Source: Acidimicrobiales bacterium | GTDB lineage: Bacteria; Actinomycetota; Acidimicrobiia; Acidimicrobiales; CATQHL01 | NCBI GenBank assembly: GCA_963668565.2 | Contig: CAXXMX010000003.1 | Coordinates: 8,932-72,931, forward strand | Direction of reading: 5' to 3' | DNA: 64,000 nucleotides | In this document: piece after piece, positions 41,664 through 51,473 of the stretch | How the letters are laid out: each line of letters opens with the position of its first letter | Numbering within the stretch: position 1 is the stretch's first letter | Made by a program: the position numbers and the translations under genes | Notes under the pieces: model-generated | The model's database searches: none | Told to the model about the DNA's origin: nothing | The model's input: only the letters and a program-made list of their open reading frames with translations

Positions 41664-42509
41664 TCAACCCTTCGAACTGCCGGACAGGAGGCCGCTAGTG
41701 AACTGCTTCTGCAGCAACAGATAGTAGATGAGAATCGGTATCGATGCTAAGAACATGATCCCGAACATCTGCCCGTAGTCGTTGTTGTATTGGCCCAGAG
41801 CCACAAAGATCCCTAACGTGATTGTTATGCCCTGGCTGGGTCCCAGGATGAACAGAGGCGTCACTAGGTCGTTCCAGGTCCACAAACCGATAAAGATAGC
41901 GACAGTCGCAGTCGCCGGGCGCAGCAGTGGAAAGACGACGTACACCAGCGTTTTCATCGGAGTAGCGCCGTCGACGAGAGCAGCCTCATCGAGACTCTTG
42001 GGGAGTGTCGACATAAAGCCGACGTAGACGAACACGGCGAATGACAGGAAGCCTCCCCCGACGTTGAACAGCACCAGCCCGGGAAACGTTCGAGCGATAC
42101 CGAGAAACTCCAGCACGTCGACAGCCGGGATGAAAACCATGTGAGGAGGGATCATCATGCCCGACATCAGCACCAGGAGCGCGATCTTTGTGATTCTGCT
42201 CCGCCGCCGCACTATCCAGTAGGCGACGGTGGCGGCGATAGGGACGATGATGATGACGGTGGCAGTCGAAATTATCACGCTGTTCCGCAACCCGATCCAC
42301 AACAGATTGTCAGAGCGAGTCAGGCCGTCGATCAAATTCTGCATGCTGACAGGGTTCGGCAGCGCCAAGGGTTGGCGTGAGATCTGTGTGTTGATCTTGA
42401 GGACATTCACCACGGCGATGTAGAGCGGAAGCGAGAATGCTGCGACGGAGATTCCAGCGAGCACGAAGCGCGCCCGAGGCGGCAGTGTTGTCTCGCGGGT
42501 CCTGCTCAC
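41664..42509 (-). CDS. Carbohydrate ABC transporter permease
   Basis: EAA loop LDEAALVDGA; TWND. Confidence 0.93.
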   Translation of the reverse strand: MSRTRETTLPPRARFVLAGISVAAFSLPLYIAVVNVLKINTQISRQPLALPNPVSMQNLIDGLTRSDNLLWIGLRNSVIISTATVIIIVPIAATVAYWIVRRRSRITKIALLVLMSGMMIPPHMVFIPAVDVLEFLGIARTFPGLVLFNVGGGFLSFAVFVYVGFMSTLPKSLDEAALVDGATPMKTLVYVVFPLLRPATATVAIFIGLWTWNDLVTPLFILGPSQGITITLGIFVALGQYNNDYGQMFGIMFLASIPILIYYLLLQKQFTSGLLSGSSKG

Positions 42510-43405
42510 AGCTGGACCTCACGACGTCGCATCAGACCGACCAGGATTACCGATACAGAACCGATGATCAACAAGAGCACGAACGCGATAGCGGACGCGT
42601 AGCCGGTCCGGTTGTTTGTGAACCCCATGCGCAGGAGGTAGAACACTGCGGTTTCCGTCCGGAAACCTGGACCCCCACCGGTCAGCACGGCTACGTGGTC
42701 GTACAGTCGGAGTGTGGTGATGAGGACGATCGTGACTGCGATGGTCACGCCTTGCCCCATGAGCGGAAACGAGATCTTGGAGAAGCGATTCCACGCTCCT
42801 GCGCCGTCGATCCGAGCGGCCTCCAATAGTTCATCCGGCACCGACTGCAGAGCCGCGAGGTAAACCACGGTCGTGAAGCCGATCATCTGCCAGATAACCA
42901 CCGCTGCAATGGACCAGAGCGCCAAATCCGGTTTGCCCAACCATGGCTCGGTCAGGCTCTCCAATCCAATGGACTCGAGCACCGAGTTCAGGATCCCACG
43001 GTTGGACAGGATCGTGACGAAGATGAAGCTCACCACGACTGCGCTCAAGACTTGAGGTATGAACACCAGCGTGCGGAGAACGCGATAGTAGCGCGACGTC
43101 CCATCCAACACAATAGCCAAGGCCAATCCACCCAGATTTGCGCCGATGGTGACGGCGAGTGTCAGCCTCGCCGTGTTGTTGAGAGCCCGGTATAGCGACT
43201 CGTCGCCGGACAGTTCGCGATAGTTGTCGAATCCGACGAAGTTGGCGTCGCTGAGCAGCGGATTCTGGTCGGTGAAACCGAAATAGAAGCTGATTGCCAG
43301 AGGAACGAGAACGAACGTCGTGAAGAGCAGCAGGCCTCCAGAGGCCGCAGCCTCGAGCATCGTGTTTCGGCGCCGTCCGCCCCGACGATGGCTCAATGGT
43401 TCCAA
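42506..43405 (-). CDS. Carbohydrate ABC transporter permease
   Basis: FVGFDNY; LLEAARIDGA. Confidence 0.93.
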   Translation of the reverse strand: MEPLSHRRGGRRRNTMLEAAASGGLLLFTTFVLVPLAISFYFGFTDQNPLLSDANFVGFDNYRELSGDESLYRALNNTARLTLAVTIGANLGGLALAIVLDGTSRYYRVLRTLVFIPQVLSAVVVSFIFVTILSNRGILNSVLESIGLESLTEPWLGKPDLALWSIAAVVIWQMIGFTTVVYLAALQSVPDELLEAARIDGAGAWNRFSKISFPLMGQGVTIAVTIVLITTLRLYDHVAVLTGGGPGFRTETAVFYLLRMGFTNNRTGYASAIAFVLLLIIGSVSVILVGLMRRREVQL

Positions 43406-43425
43406 GGAGGACCTCGCTCGAGAGA

Positions 43426-43476
43426 AACTCTTCGGCCTACGGTGCGAGGTGCCGCAGGCCGAAGGGCCGAAGAGTT
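43426..43476 (-). terminator. Intercistronic stem-loop after the substrate-binding protein gene
   Basis: aactcttcggcc...ggccgaagagtt and cttcggcct...aggccgaag inverted repeats. Confidence 0.5.
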
Positions 43477-43503
43477 CCTCCCGAGTCTATAGGGAGGCCT
43501 GAT

Positions 43504-44979
43504 CTAGCTGTTTGCGGCGTCGAAGGCTTCGTCAAGTCGGTCCATCTCGTCGACGACGTCGTCACCGAGGAAGATGTTCTGCGCTGCCGCGTAGAACTCA
43601 TCGTTGAAGCCCGGGGGCATGAGCATCCGGTCATTGACGGTCCAGGCGAATGGGGGCACGACGGTGCTGCTCGTGTCCGTGGTCCAGGAGAAAGCCTCGT
43701 TGTAGATAGGCAGCACATCAGCACCGAGATCGGGCGCTCCCTGTCCCTTCACGTACACGAACAAGCCGTCGGACTCGATCAAGAATCGCGACACCTCAGG
43801 GTCGGTGTGCCAGTTCTGCGCGAATTGCATCGCTCTATCGACATCCTCGGCCAGTGCAGACACCGACAAGTTACCGCCGACGTGGAGCGGGATAACCACA
43901 TTCCCGCTGTCGCTAGGGAACGGGAAGACGCCGACCGGGAAGTCGGCTTGTCCGGCCGCACCCAGCCACCACGAACCCATCATGTACATCGCCGCCTCCC
44001 CGTCGAGGAAGGCGTTGGTGGCGCCATCGTAGGCGACGCCGAGCGCTCCGTCATCAACTAGGCCCTCATCGACGAATTGCTTCCACTTGTTGGCCGCGGC
44101 CACAACATTGTCATCAGAGAACGACACCTCGCCGGCTGTGCGCTTGATAACCCAATCGGGATCCTGGCCCAGCACGTCGACTGCCATGAGAGTGGAGAGC
44201 GTTAGAGAAGCAGACCAAGGCTCCGCTCCGGCGTACGAGATAGGCACGAACCCGGCGTCCCTGGCTGCCTGCGCAACATCGAGGAACTCGGCGTAGGTGG
44301 TCGGGACGTCTAGATCGAGATCAGCAAAGACGCTCTCGTTGTAGAACACCATTGTGATGATCTGGCCACCCGATGGCGTCTGCCACGCATTGCCGTCGAT
44401 TTTTGTGGCATCCGGGAAAAGGTAGTGCTCGTTGAGGTAGTCGTCGCGGTACGGGACCAGCAGGTCGGCTTCCACGAAGTCATTGACATTTAGTGCGGCC
44501 AGAACATCGGGGAGCTGGCCCGCGGCTTGGAGTTGCTTTGCGTAGGCCGTCCTGTCGAGATCCGGAGTCACGAGTTTGACGACATTCAGCCCGTCAATGG
44601 GCGCTGCAGCTGCGGCCAATGTGGCGTCCCAGAACTCGGGAGTAAGTGCCGGCGTCTCAAAGACAAGCACCTCCAGATCGAATTCCGCCGCGGGTTCAGC
44701 AGCGTCATCCGCCGCGGGTGCAGGCGCGTCATCCGCCGCGTCATCCGCCGCGGGTGCAGGCGCGGGTTCAGCAGCGTCATCCGCCGCGGGTGCAGGCGCG
44801 GGTTCAGCAGCGTCATCCGCCGCGGGTGCAGGCGCGTCATCCGCCGCGGGTACGGGCGCGGGTGCCGGGGCGGGATCCGCCGCGGGTGCGGCAGCGTCGT
44901 CGTCGCCACACGCTCCGGCAATCAAGGCCAACACGAGAAACACACCAAGGAGCCGCACAATGGTACTGGACTTGGACAT
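43504..44979 (-). CDS. Sugar ABC transporter substrate-binding lipoprotein
   Basis: Lipobox IAGAC; PAADDAAEPAPA repeat linker; FLDGEAAMYMMGSW. Confidence 0.9.
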   Translation of the reverse strand: MSKSSTIVRLLGVFLVLALIAGACGDDDAAAPAADPAPAPAPVPAADDAPAPAADDAAEPAPAPAADDAAEPAPAPAADDAADDAPAPAADDAAEPAAEFDLEVLVFETPALTPEFWDATLAAAAAPIDGLNVVKLVTPDLDRTAYAKQLQAAGQLPDVLAALNVNDFVEADLLVPYRDDYLNEHYLFPDATKIDGNAWQTPSGGQIITMVFYNESVFADLDLDVPTTYAEFLDVAQAARDAGFVPISYAGAEPWSASLTLSTLMAVDVLGQDPDWVIKRTAGEVSFSDDNVVAAANKWKQFVDEGLVDDGALGVAYDGATNAFLDGEAAMYMMGSWWLGAAGQADFPVGVFPFPSDSGNVVIPLHVGGNLSVSALAEDVDRAMQFAQNWHTDPEVSRFLIESDGLFVYVKGQGAPDLGADVLPIYNEAFSWTTDTSSTVVPPFAWTVNDRMLMPPGFNDEFYAAAQNIFLGDDVVDEMDRLDEAFDAANS

Positions 44980-44992
44980 CGAGAATCCCCCT

Positions 44993-45032
44993 TTGAGTAA
45001 TCGATTACTCAATTTGGAGTAATCGATTACTC
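44993..45032. promoter_or_regulatory. Two tandem LacI-type operators
   Basis: Perfect palindromes TTGAGTAATCGATTACTCAA (44993-45012) and GAGTAATCGATTACTC (45017-45032). Confidence 0.8.
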
Positions 45033-45072
45033 ATTCTACAACACAACCTCGGCGATCTGTCAAGTAGCGGTT

Positions 45073-45626
45073 ACAGGTGGGCCCCTGATTCGAGTCCGCG
45101 TGTTGTGGGCCGGAGTGCCCCCGAATGGGAGGATGACCACAACGGAGACGAGGCGTCACACTCCGGGGCAGGCGGTTCGCAAGGTCCGTGAGGGCGGGCG
45201 GATGCTGGGGTCGGGCGGTGATCTCAGGGAGGTTCTGCGCCATCTGGAGATCACCGGGTCGACTTGGCGCCGCTGGCGCCGAGTCGCGCTGAGGCCGAGT
45301 TGCGTGAGCGGCTGCGGGACTTCGCTGTCGGATCTGCCCCGCATCAAGCTGCTCAACGCGGTTGACGAGCTCATCGCGAGGCCCTCGCTGTCGCAGCCGC
45401 CCACAGCATCGACGCCCGAGCCGCGCTCGAGAACCGGAGAGTCGAGTACCACACCTACCGGTCCCACCAATCTCTCGGCGGGCTCACCCCCGCCGCCCAC
45501 GCTGACCACTGGAAGACCCACCAGCACCAACCAACACACCTATAGAACCAGGACTCACAAACGGGTGGGCCAACGGTCATGATGACCGGTGCCAACACAA
45601 GCACCAACCGATGGAGGTCCCCCTCA
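45073..45626 (+). mobile_element. Internally deleted IS3-family element
   Basis: OrfA start RRHTPGQAVRKVREGGRML; rve C-terminal remnant; ends ...CCCTCA; GTT on both flanks. Confidence 0.75.
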
Positions 45627-45660
45627 GTTGCTGACCAGCCATCGGCTATTGTGCACGACC

Positions 45661-46677
45661 GTGGCGACAATCCGTGACGTGGCGACTGAGGCTGGATTAT
45701 CGACGGCCACAGTGTCCCGAGTCTTGAACAACAACGGCCGCGTGGATGTGACGTTGGTAGCTCGCGTGAACGAGGCCATTAACCGGCTCGGCTATCGGGC
45801 GAACCCGCTCGGCCGCGCGCTGCGATGCAAACGAACGCCTATCTGGGGCTTCCTGGCATCTGACATCGAGGCCCCTTTCTTCGCGTCGCTCCTGCACGGG
45901 CTCGAAGGACAAGCACTCCTAAACGGCAAGCTGCTCATGCTGTGCAACACAGGCGAGGACCTCGAACGAGAGCGCCAATACATCCAGACAGCGCTCGATT
46001 ACCAGTTCGGTGGCCTTGTCATCGCGGCGGCATCGATGACCGCTACCGAGTTGGACGTGCTCAAAGACGAGATGCCAGTCGTGCTGGTTGACCGCGTCTC
46101 GGCTACCTACCCCGAGATCGATGCAGTGCTGGTCGACAACCACCTCGGGGCCCACTTGGCGGTGACTCATCTGTTGGAGAATGACTACCGGCGTATCGGG
46201 TTTATAGCCGGTCCGTCGGACATCAGCACGGCTCATGAGCGTCGAGCGGGCTACTGCTCAGCGCTCGTCGACTATGGGCTCGGCGTGACTGACGACCTTG
46301 TCGCGACCGGCGATTTCTTTGCCCCCAGCGGCTACGCAGCAGCAACCGCACTTGTCACGGCGGATCAACCTGCAGACGCGTTGTTCGTTGCAAACGGACA
46401 GATGGCCGTGGGAGCGTTCGCTGCGGTGCGCGACCTCGGCCTCTCCATCCCAGATGAGTTGGGGTTCGCTACATTCGATGACGATCTGTGGATGACGCTG
46501 GTCGATCCATCAATTACCGTTGTGCGCCAACCTGCCTACGAACTCGGCGAGGCTGCAGCCCAGATTCTGATGCGCAGAGAAAGCGTTAAGGATTCAGAAA
46601 CGGTCGAGGTCGTCCGCCGCGTCTTAGAACCCGAACTAATTGTGCGAGCCAGCAGCTACCGTGGGGTGGGCCGCTGA
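45661..46677 (+). CDS. LacI-family transcriptional regulator
   Basis: ATIRDVATEAGLSTATVSRVLN; sugar-binding domain with TFDD and VRQP. Confidence 0.95.
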   Translation: MATIRDVATEAGLSTATVSRVLNNNGRVDVTLVARVNEAINRLGYRANPLGRALRCKRTPIWGFLASDIEAPFFASLLHGLEGQALLNGKLLMLCNTGEDLERERQYIQTALDYQFGGLVIAAASMTATELDVLKDEMPVVLVDRVSATYPEIDAVLVDNHLGAHLAVTHLLENDYRRIGFIAGPSDISTAHERRAGYCSALVDYGLGVTDDLVATGDFFAPSGYAAATALVTADQPADALFVANGQMAVGAFAAVRDLGLSIPDELGFATFDDDLWMTLVDPSITVVRQPAYELGEAAAQILMRRESVKDSETVEVVRRVLEPELIVRASSYRGVGR

Positions 46678-46915
46678 TTTGAGTCCGCGTGTTGTGGGTC
46701 GGAGTGCCCCCGAATGGGAGGATGACCACAACGGAGTGGAGGCGTCACACTCCGGGGCAGGCGGTTCGCAAGGTCCGTGAGGGCGGGCGGATGCTGGGTT
46801 ACCGGTCCCACCAATCCCTCGGCGGGCTCACCCCGCCGCCGACGCTGACCACTGGAAGACCCACCAGCACCAACCACCACCAATAGCACCGGGCCTCACA
46901 AACGGGTCCCCCTCA
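46662..46915 (+). mobile_element. Second, shorter IS3-family deletion derivative
   Basis: Near-identical to both ends of 45073-45626; TG...CA termini. Confidence 0.75.
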
Positions 46916-46957
46916 ACGGGCCTCGCAGCTGAGCAGCACGGTTCGCCGTCAATCGGC

Positions 46958-47443
46958 TCAGAGGACACCCTTGCGAACTGTCGCGTTCCCATAGGCACGC
47001 GGTTCACCTGTCTGCACGATGACAACGGCGGAACTGGCGTAATCGTAGAAATCGTGCCGCTTGAGTCCCGCAACGTGCTCGTCGGCTACCCCGGCGCGTC
47101 TGAGAACGGTGCACTCAGCATGAACCTGACCTCGCGCGTGGTTGCCATGGCATGGCGCTGGGCAGATCGTCGATACGGCTCTGCACTCAGCATGAACCTC
47201 GACCTCGCCGCGTGGTTCGGCCATGAGCATGGCGCTGGGCAGATCGTCGATATCCACCGGAATTGCCGAGACTACGGCCTCAAGCGCTTCCGGTGTAGAA
47301 CATCCCACAAGCCGGACGACCGGCGGGCCCAAGGAGCTCGCGGGGAAGTTGCGATCCACAACGGCTGCCACGTCCCCGTGCCCCATCCCGGCCAAGGCCA
47401 TCAGCAGTTCCGGGGACAGCCGCGGGTCAACTCCGATGATCAT
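46958..47443 (-). CDS. RbsD/FucU-family sugar mutarotase with internal duplication
   Basis: LSPELL..LAGMGHGD...DRNFP; TGEPRAYGN..VRKGV. Confidence 0.85.
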   Translation of the reverse strand: MIIGVDPRLSPELLMALAGMGHGDVAAVVDRNFPASSLGPPVVRLVGCSTPEALEAVVSAIPVDIDDLPSAMLMAEPRGEVEVHAECRAVSTICPAPCHGNHARGQVHAECTVLRRAGVADEHVAGLKRHDFYDYASSAVVIVQTGEPRAYGNATVRKGVL

Positions 47444-47453
47444 CTGACTCCTT

Positions 47454-47467
47454 AGTAATCGATTACT
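47454..47467. promoter_or_regulatory. Third LacI-type operator
   Basis: AGTAATCGATTACT, 10 bp upstream of the mutarotase start. Confidence 0.8.
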
Positions 47468-47873
47468 CGAACTATAGAACATGTCGCACAGGAGCAGCAA
47501 ACGAATCGGTGTCGTTCACTAGCGCGGTTCAACCTGTGCCATCGGTTACTCCCGACGGACTTGGTCTGCCCCGTGTCTTTCGCGGTCGGTTTAGGCGACT
47601 CTCGGGCACGTCGACCGAAGGGAGGTCATCGGGGAGGTCTATCACGCCTCGCGGCGCACCTACGGGGCGCGCCGTATGCACGCCGAGTTGACCCAGGGGC
47701 GGGGCATCGTCGTGGCGCGTTGGATCGTTGAGCTGGTGATGCTCCGCAACGGCATCTGCGGGCTGCCGGGGCGGCCCCGCTGGCGCAAGGTCCCCGACCA
47801 GCGCACCTCCCGTGACGTGGTGGACCGCCAATAGGCCCGCGACGGGCCCGATCAGCTGTGGGTCACCGACTTG

Positions 47874-50032
47874 GAGCGCTACGAGGCGTTCTTGAACCCG
47901 GCGGTGGTGAGAGGGCACCGCGTCGGGCTCGTCGCAGCGGGCTGGTTGAAGCTGAGGGCAGCCGGACCCGGGGGACACCGGGGAGGGTGGAAGCAGCCCT
48001 GACAACGACGGGACGCGCCAGCACTGTCAGATGGTGTGGGTCCGGCTAGTGAGACGGAAAGGCGTACGTGAGGAACCAGTGGCTGAACGCCCGTCGAGAG
48101 ATCCAGCAGCTCGAACCTGACGGATCGGGGCTGCGTTGCAACGCGCACCCGGCCATCTTTGGTGGGCGGGGAACTTCTAGATCGGTCGATGTCGCTGGTC
48201 GGGAGGTCGTGGTGAATGCCTGCGGCGTAGCGGTGACGAGGTTGCAGGGGCATAGCTGGGCGCCGACCCCGTCGAAGGGTTCAGGAATGAACGTGGGAAC
48301 CATCTCGTTGGTCCCTGCGCGCTGCCGGGCCAGGGCGGCGGGCGGGAAGACCTGTCGCCGGTTGATGCCGTCGGGATGGGGCGGAGGGTTCGTAGTAGTC
48401 CGGGTACGGGAGAGCCGTGCACATGGCGAAGGGACCCAGTGTGTTCGCAGCTTCAATGCCGAACGGGGAGTCCGCTGGTGAATACCGGCGTTTCGTGGCC
48501 TGGCCTCTTGGAGGCCGAGTCGCGGGTACTCGCGATGCGGTCGAAGCTGCACCAATGGGCGAAGGCCGATCCTGGCCGTTCGTTCGATGACGTGTTCAAC
48601 CTCGTCTATGACCCGGCGTTCCTCGTTGTGGCGTGGAGCCGGGTGCGGGCTAACAAGGGCGCGCGAACCGCCGGCGTCGATGGGATCGCTGCGCGACCCG
48701 TCGTCTTCGGTGTCGAGTCGATGCTGGACGGGCTGCGAGATGATCTCAAAGCTCGCCGGTTCCGCCCCGAGCGGGTGCGGGAGAAGACGATTCCCGAGGC
48801 GAGCGGCAAGGTCCGTTCGTTGGGGATCCCGACTGTTGTTGACCGCGTCGTGCAGGCCTCGTTGAAGCTGGTGCTCGAACCGATCTTCGAGGCGGACTTC
48901 AAACCGTGTTCCTACGGTTTGCGCCCGAAGCGACGGGCCCAGGACGCGATCGCTGAGATTCACTACCTCGGCTCACCCCCCAGGAACTACCACTGGGTGT
49001 TCGAAGCAGATATCAAGGCGTGCTTCGACGAGATCGACCACACCGCCCTCATGGAACGTGTGCGACGTCGAGTCCGAGACAAGCGTGTCGTGGGTCTGGT
49101 GAAGGCGTTCCTCACCGCTGGTGTTCTCGCGGAGGACGCCAGCCGACGAGCAACGATCACCGGCACACCCCAAGGCGGGATCCTCTCGCCGCTGTTGGCC
49201 AATATTGCCCTGTCCGTGCTGGACGAGCACTTCACCCAGAAATGGGAAGCGCTCGGCCCGGAATGGACCCGCGCCAAACGTCGTCGCGCCGGGGAACCGA
49301 CCATGAGGCTCGTCTGTTACGCGGACGACTTCGTGGTCATGGTCCACGGCACCCGCGACGACGCCGAAGCGCTCAGCGATGAGGTCGCAGCGGTGCTCGC
49401 TCCGATGGGGCTGCGCCTCTCGGAAGAGAAAACGAGGGTCCGCCACATCGACGAAGGGTTCGACTTCTTGGGCTGGCGCATCCAGCGCCGGAACCGCAGA
49501 GGCCGCGCTGGCAACAAAGCGATCTACACCTACCCGTCGAAGAAGCCGTTGGCTTCGATCATCGGGAAGATCAGACTGCTGACTCGCCGTCGACGCCATC
49601 GAACGCTTGCAGACCTGCTGCGCCGGCTGAACCCGACGCTGCGGGGCTGGTGCAACTATTTCCGCCACGGCGTGTCAACGCGGACCTTCGGCTATATCGA
49701 TCATTTCGCCTTCTGGCGAATCGTCGGCTGGCTGAAGAAACGCCACGTCGGGCTGAACATGCACACCCTGGTCCGCCGCTACCTCCCACGCTGGAGGATC
49801 CACGACGGCGGCATCGAGATGTTTCGCCCCGAGCGGGTCGCCATCGAGCGCTACCGCTACCGAGGCACCCGCATCCCGACACCATGGACAAGCGTGACAA
49901 CAAGATCACCCGCACCAGCGGCATGACCACACGGAGAGCCCGATGCGGTGAAAGTCGCACGTCCGGTTCGCAGGGCGGGCCGCAGAAACCAGCCGACCGA
50001 AAGACGGCCAGGCGCTGCGGTCCGACCCCTAC
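47874..50032 (+). mobile_element. Group II intron
   Basis: 5' end GAGCG; domain V gagcccgatgcggtgaaagtcgcacgtccggttc at 49936-49969; 3' end ...CCCTAC. Confidence 0.88.
48478..49926 (+). CDS. ltrA: Group II intron reverse transcriptase/maturase without endonuclease domain
   Basis: RSLGIPT, GTPQGGILSPLLANI, YADD, GFDFLG, RGWCNYF. Confidence 0.95.
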   Translation: MNTGVSWPGLLEAESRVLAMRSKLHQWAKADPGRSFDDVFNLVYDPAFLVVAWSRVRANKGARTAGVDGIAARPVVFGVESMLDGLRDDLKARRFRPERVREKTIPEASGKVRSLGIPTVVDRVVQASLKLVLEPIFEADFKPCSYGLRPKRRAQDAIAEIHYLGSPPRNYHWVFEADIKACFDEIDHTALMERVRRRVRDKRVVGLVKAFLTAGVLAEDASRRATITGTPQGGILSPLLANIALSVLDEHFTQKWEALGPEWTRAKRRRAGEPTMRLVCYADDFVVMVHGTRDDAEALSDEVAAVLAPMGLRLSEEKTRVRHIDEGFDFLGWRIQRRNRRGRAGNKAIYTYPSKKPLASIIGKIRLLTRRRRHRTLADLLRRLNPTLRGWCNYFRHGVSTRTFGYIDHFAFWRIVGWLKKRHVGLNMHTLVRRYLPRWRIHDGGIEMFRPERVAIERYRYRGTRIPTPWTSVTTRSPAPAA

Positions 50033-50186
50033 ACCAAGCACCCCACCCGGGAAGACAAGGTGTACTGCGCGGTCGTGCTGGACACCTTCAGCCGCCGGCC
50101 CGATTGCCGACTACGAAAGCGCTGGTCAGAGACTTGCAGGGATGGCGAAATGCCCACTACTCAGCGGTCTCCTAGCTTTGATCCGC

Positions 50187-50675
50187 ATGGCGGATGCGGT
50201 TCTGGACCAACTCGACTCCCTGGGGCTGGCCTACGAGGTGGTGCCCTGCGACCCCGACCTGGCCGACACGGCGGCGTTCTGCGAGGCCTACGGCTATGCC
50301 GCCGATGACTCGGCCAACGCCATCGTGGTGATCGGCAAGGCCGATCCGCCCAGCTACGTCATATGCCTGGTGCTGTCGTCGACCCGCCTGGACGTGAACC
50401 GTGTGGTGCGCAAGCGGCTGGGCGTGCGCCGGGCGTCGTTCGCCTCGGCGGCCCAGACCATGGAGCTGACCGGCATGGAGATCGGCGGCGTCACGCCGTT
50501 CGGGATCTCCGGCGATCTGCCCGTGTGGGTGGATGCCCGGGTGATGGACCGGTCGGCGGTCATCATCGGCGGCGGTGGCCGGGATCGGAAGCTGCTGGTG
50601 CCGCCGGCCACGATCGCCGGCCATCCCGACGTGACCGTCGTGGAGGATCTGGCGATGCCGCTTCCGACCGGCTGA
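50187..50675 (+). CDS. YbaK/prolyl-tRNA editing domain protein
   Basis: LTGMEIGGVTPFG, IIGGGGR. Confidence 0.85.
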   Translation: MADAVLDQLDSLGLAYEVVPCDPDLADTAAFCEAYGYAADDSANAIVVIGKADPPSYVICLVLSSTRLDVNRVVRKRLGVRRASFASAAQTMELTGMEIGGVTPFGISGDLPVWVDARVMDRSAVIIGGGGRDRKLLVPPATIAGHPDVTVVEDLAMPLPTG

Positions 50676-50762
50676 CCACGGAGCCCGACCGCTCGACGCA
50701 ACTCCCCTCACAGGCACCCTCGCCGGCCTCGAGGGCCGCGCCGGAGAGGCCGTCGGCGAAGC

Positions 50763-51260
50763 TCAGTAGTCCGAAGGGAACAGCACCGTGGTCTGTGAGC
50801 GCACGCCACGCCCGTCCTCGGCCTCGGTGATGATCCACAGCCGCTCGTCGACGATTGCTGCGCTCGAGTCGCGCCCGGCACCGTGGGCCTCGGCGCCCGC
50901 GCCGGCACCAGCGGCGGCCTCCGAGCCGGCCCCGCTTCCGGACTGGTCACCGCCTGCGGTGCGTCGGATCTGCCCGGGGATCGGGTAGCTCGACAGAATT
51001 CTGCCGCCGGTTACGAGAGCCAGATCGTTGGCCTCGGCGTCATGGCTGCCCAGGTCGCCCCAGTCGCCCCGCCCGTGGCGGCGCAGGCACGACATCACGA
51101 AGGCCCGGCCGCTCTCGTGACACATCAACAGCTGGTCCACTGCCCGCGTGACGACGACAATCCCCAGCGGCACCCGCACCTGCCGGTCTGTTCGGCTCGC
51201 AGCATCCCTAGCACCAGGGACGGCGGAATTGATCGGAGGCGACGCGTCTTCTCCCCTCAT
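50763..51260 (-). CDS. Conserved plasmid/ICE-associated hypothetical protein
   Basis: LRRHGRGDWG...RILSSY...LWIITE...TTVLFPSDY motif family; Gly/Ala-rich insert. Confidence 0.6.
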   Translation of the reverse strand: MRGEDASPPINSAVPGARDAASRTDRQVRVPLGIVVVTRAVDQLLMCHESGRAFVMSCLRRHGRGDWGDLGSHDAEANDLALVTGGRILSSYPIPGQIRRTAGGDQSGSGAGSEAAAGAGAGAEAHGAGRDSSAAIVDERLWIITEAEDGRGVRSQTTVLFPSDY

Positions 51261-51393
51261 CCAGCCCGGCACTGCTGTAACGACCGGGCACGGCATCGGG
51301 GAAGCCAACGGGCAGCCTATATGGATATCACTCGACAGTAGCTAACAAGCAACAACGACATCCAATCCAACCCCCGATGCAACGCGCCAATAC

Positions 51394-51458
51394 CCCCACC
51401 GGCAGCCCAGCGCCCCAACGGCAGCCCAGCCCCCCACCGTCAGCCAAGCCCCCCACCG
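51394..51458. repeat. About 19-bp tandem repeat next to the IS110 end
   Basis: About 3.5 copies of cccccaccggcagcccagc. Confidence 0.6.
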
Positions 51459-51473
51459 ATGCTCCTATGTTTG

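Larger units (their letters stand above)
47622..50098 (+). pseudogene. IS3-family OrfB transposase fragment interrupted by a group II intron
   Basis: TYGARRMHAEL...WVTDL | TKHPTREDKVYCAVVLDTFSRR rejoins in frame; in-frame TAG near 47832. Confidence 0.8.

Noticed and set aside
44690-44890. 36-bp repeats as a non-coding array
   Set aside because: They are in frame and encode the Pro/Ala/Asp linker of the lipoprotein.
48478-49926. RT as a retron, DGR or defence RT
   Set aside because: The maturase domain, domains V/VI and clean exon junction identify a group II intron.
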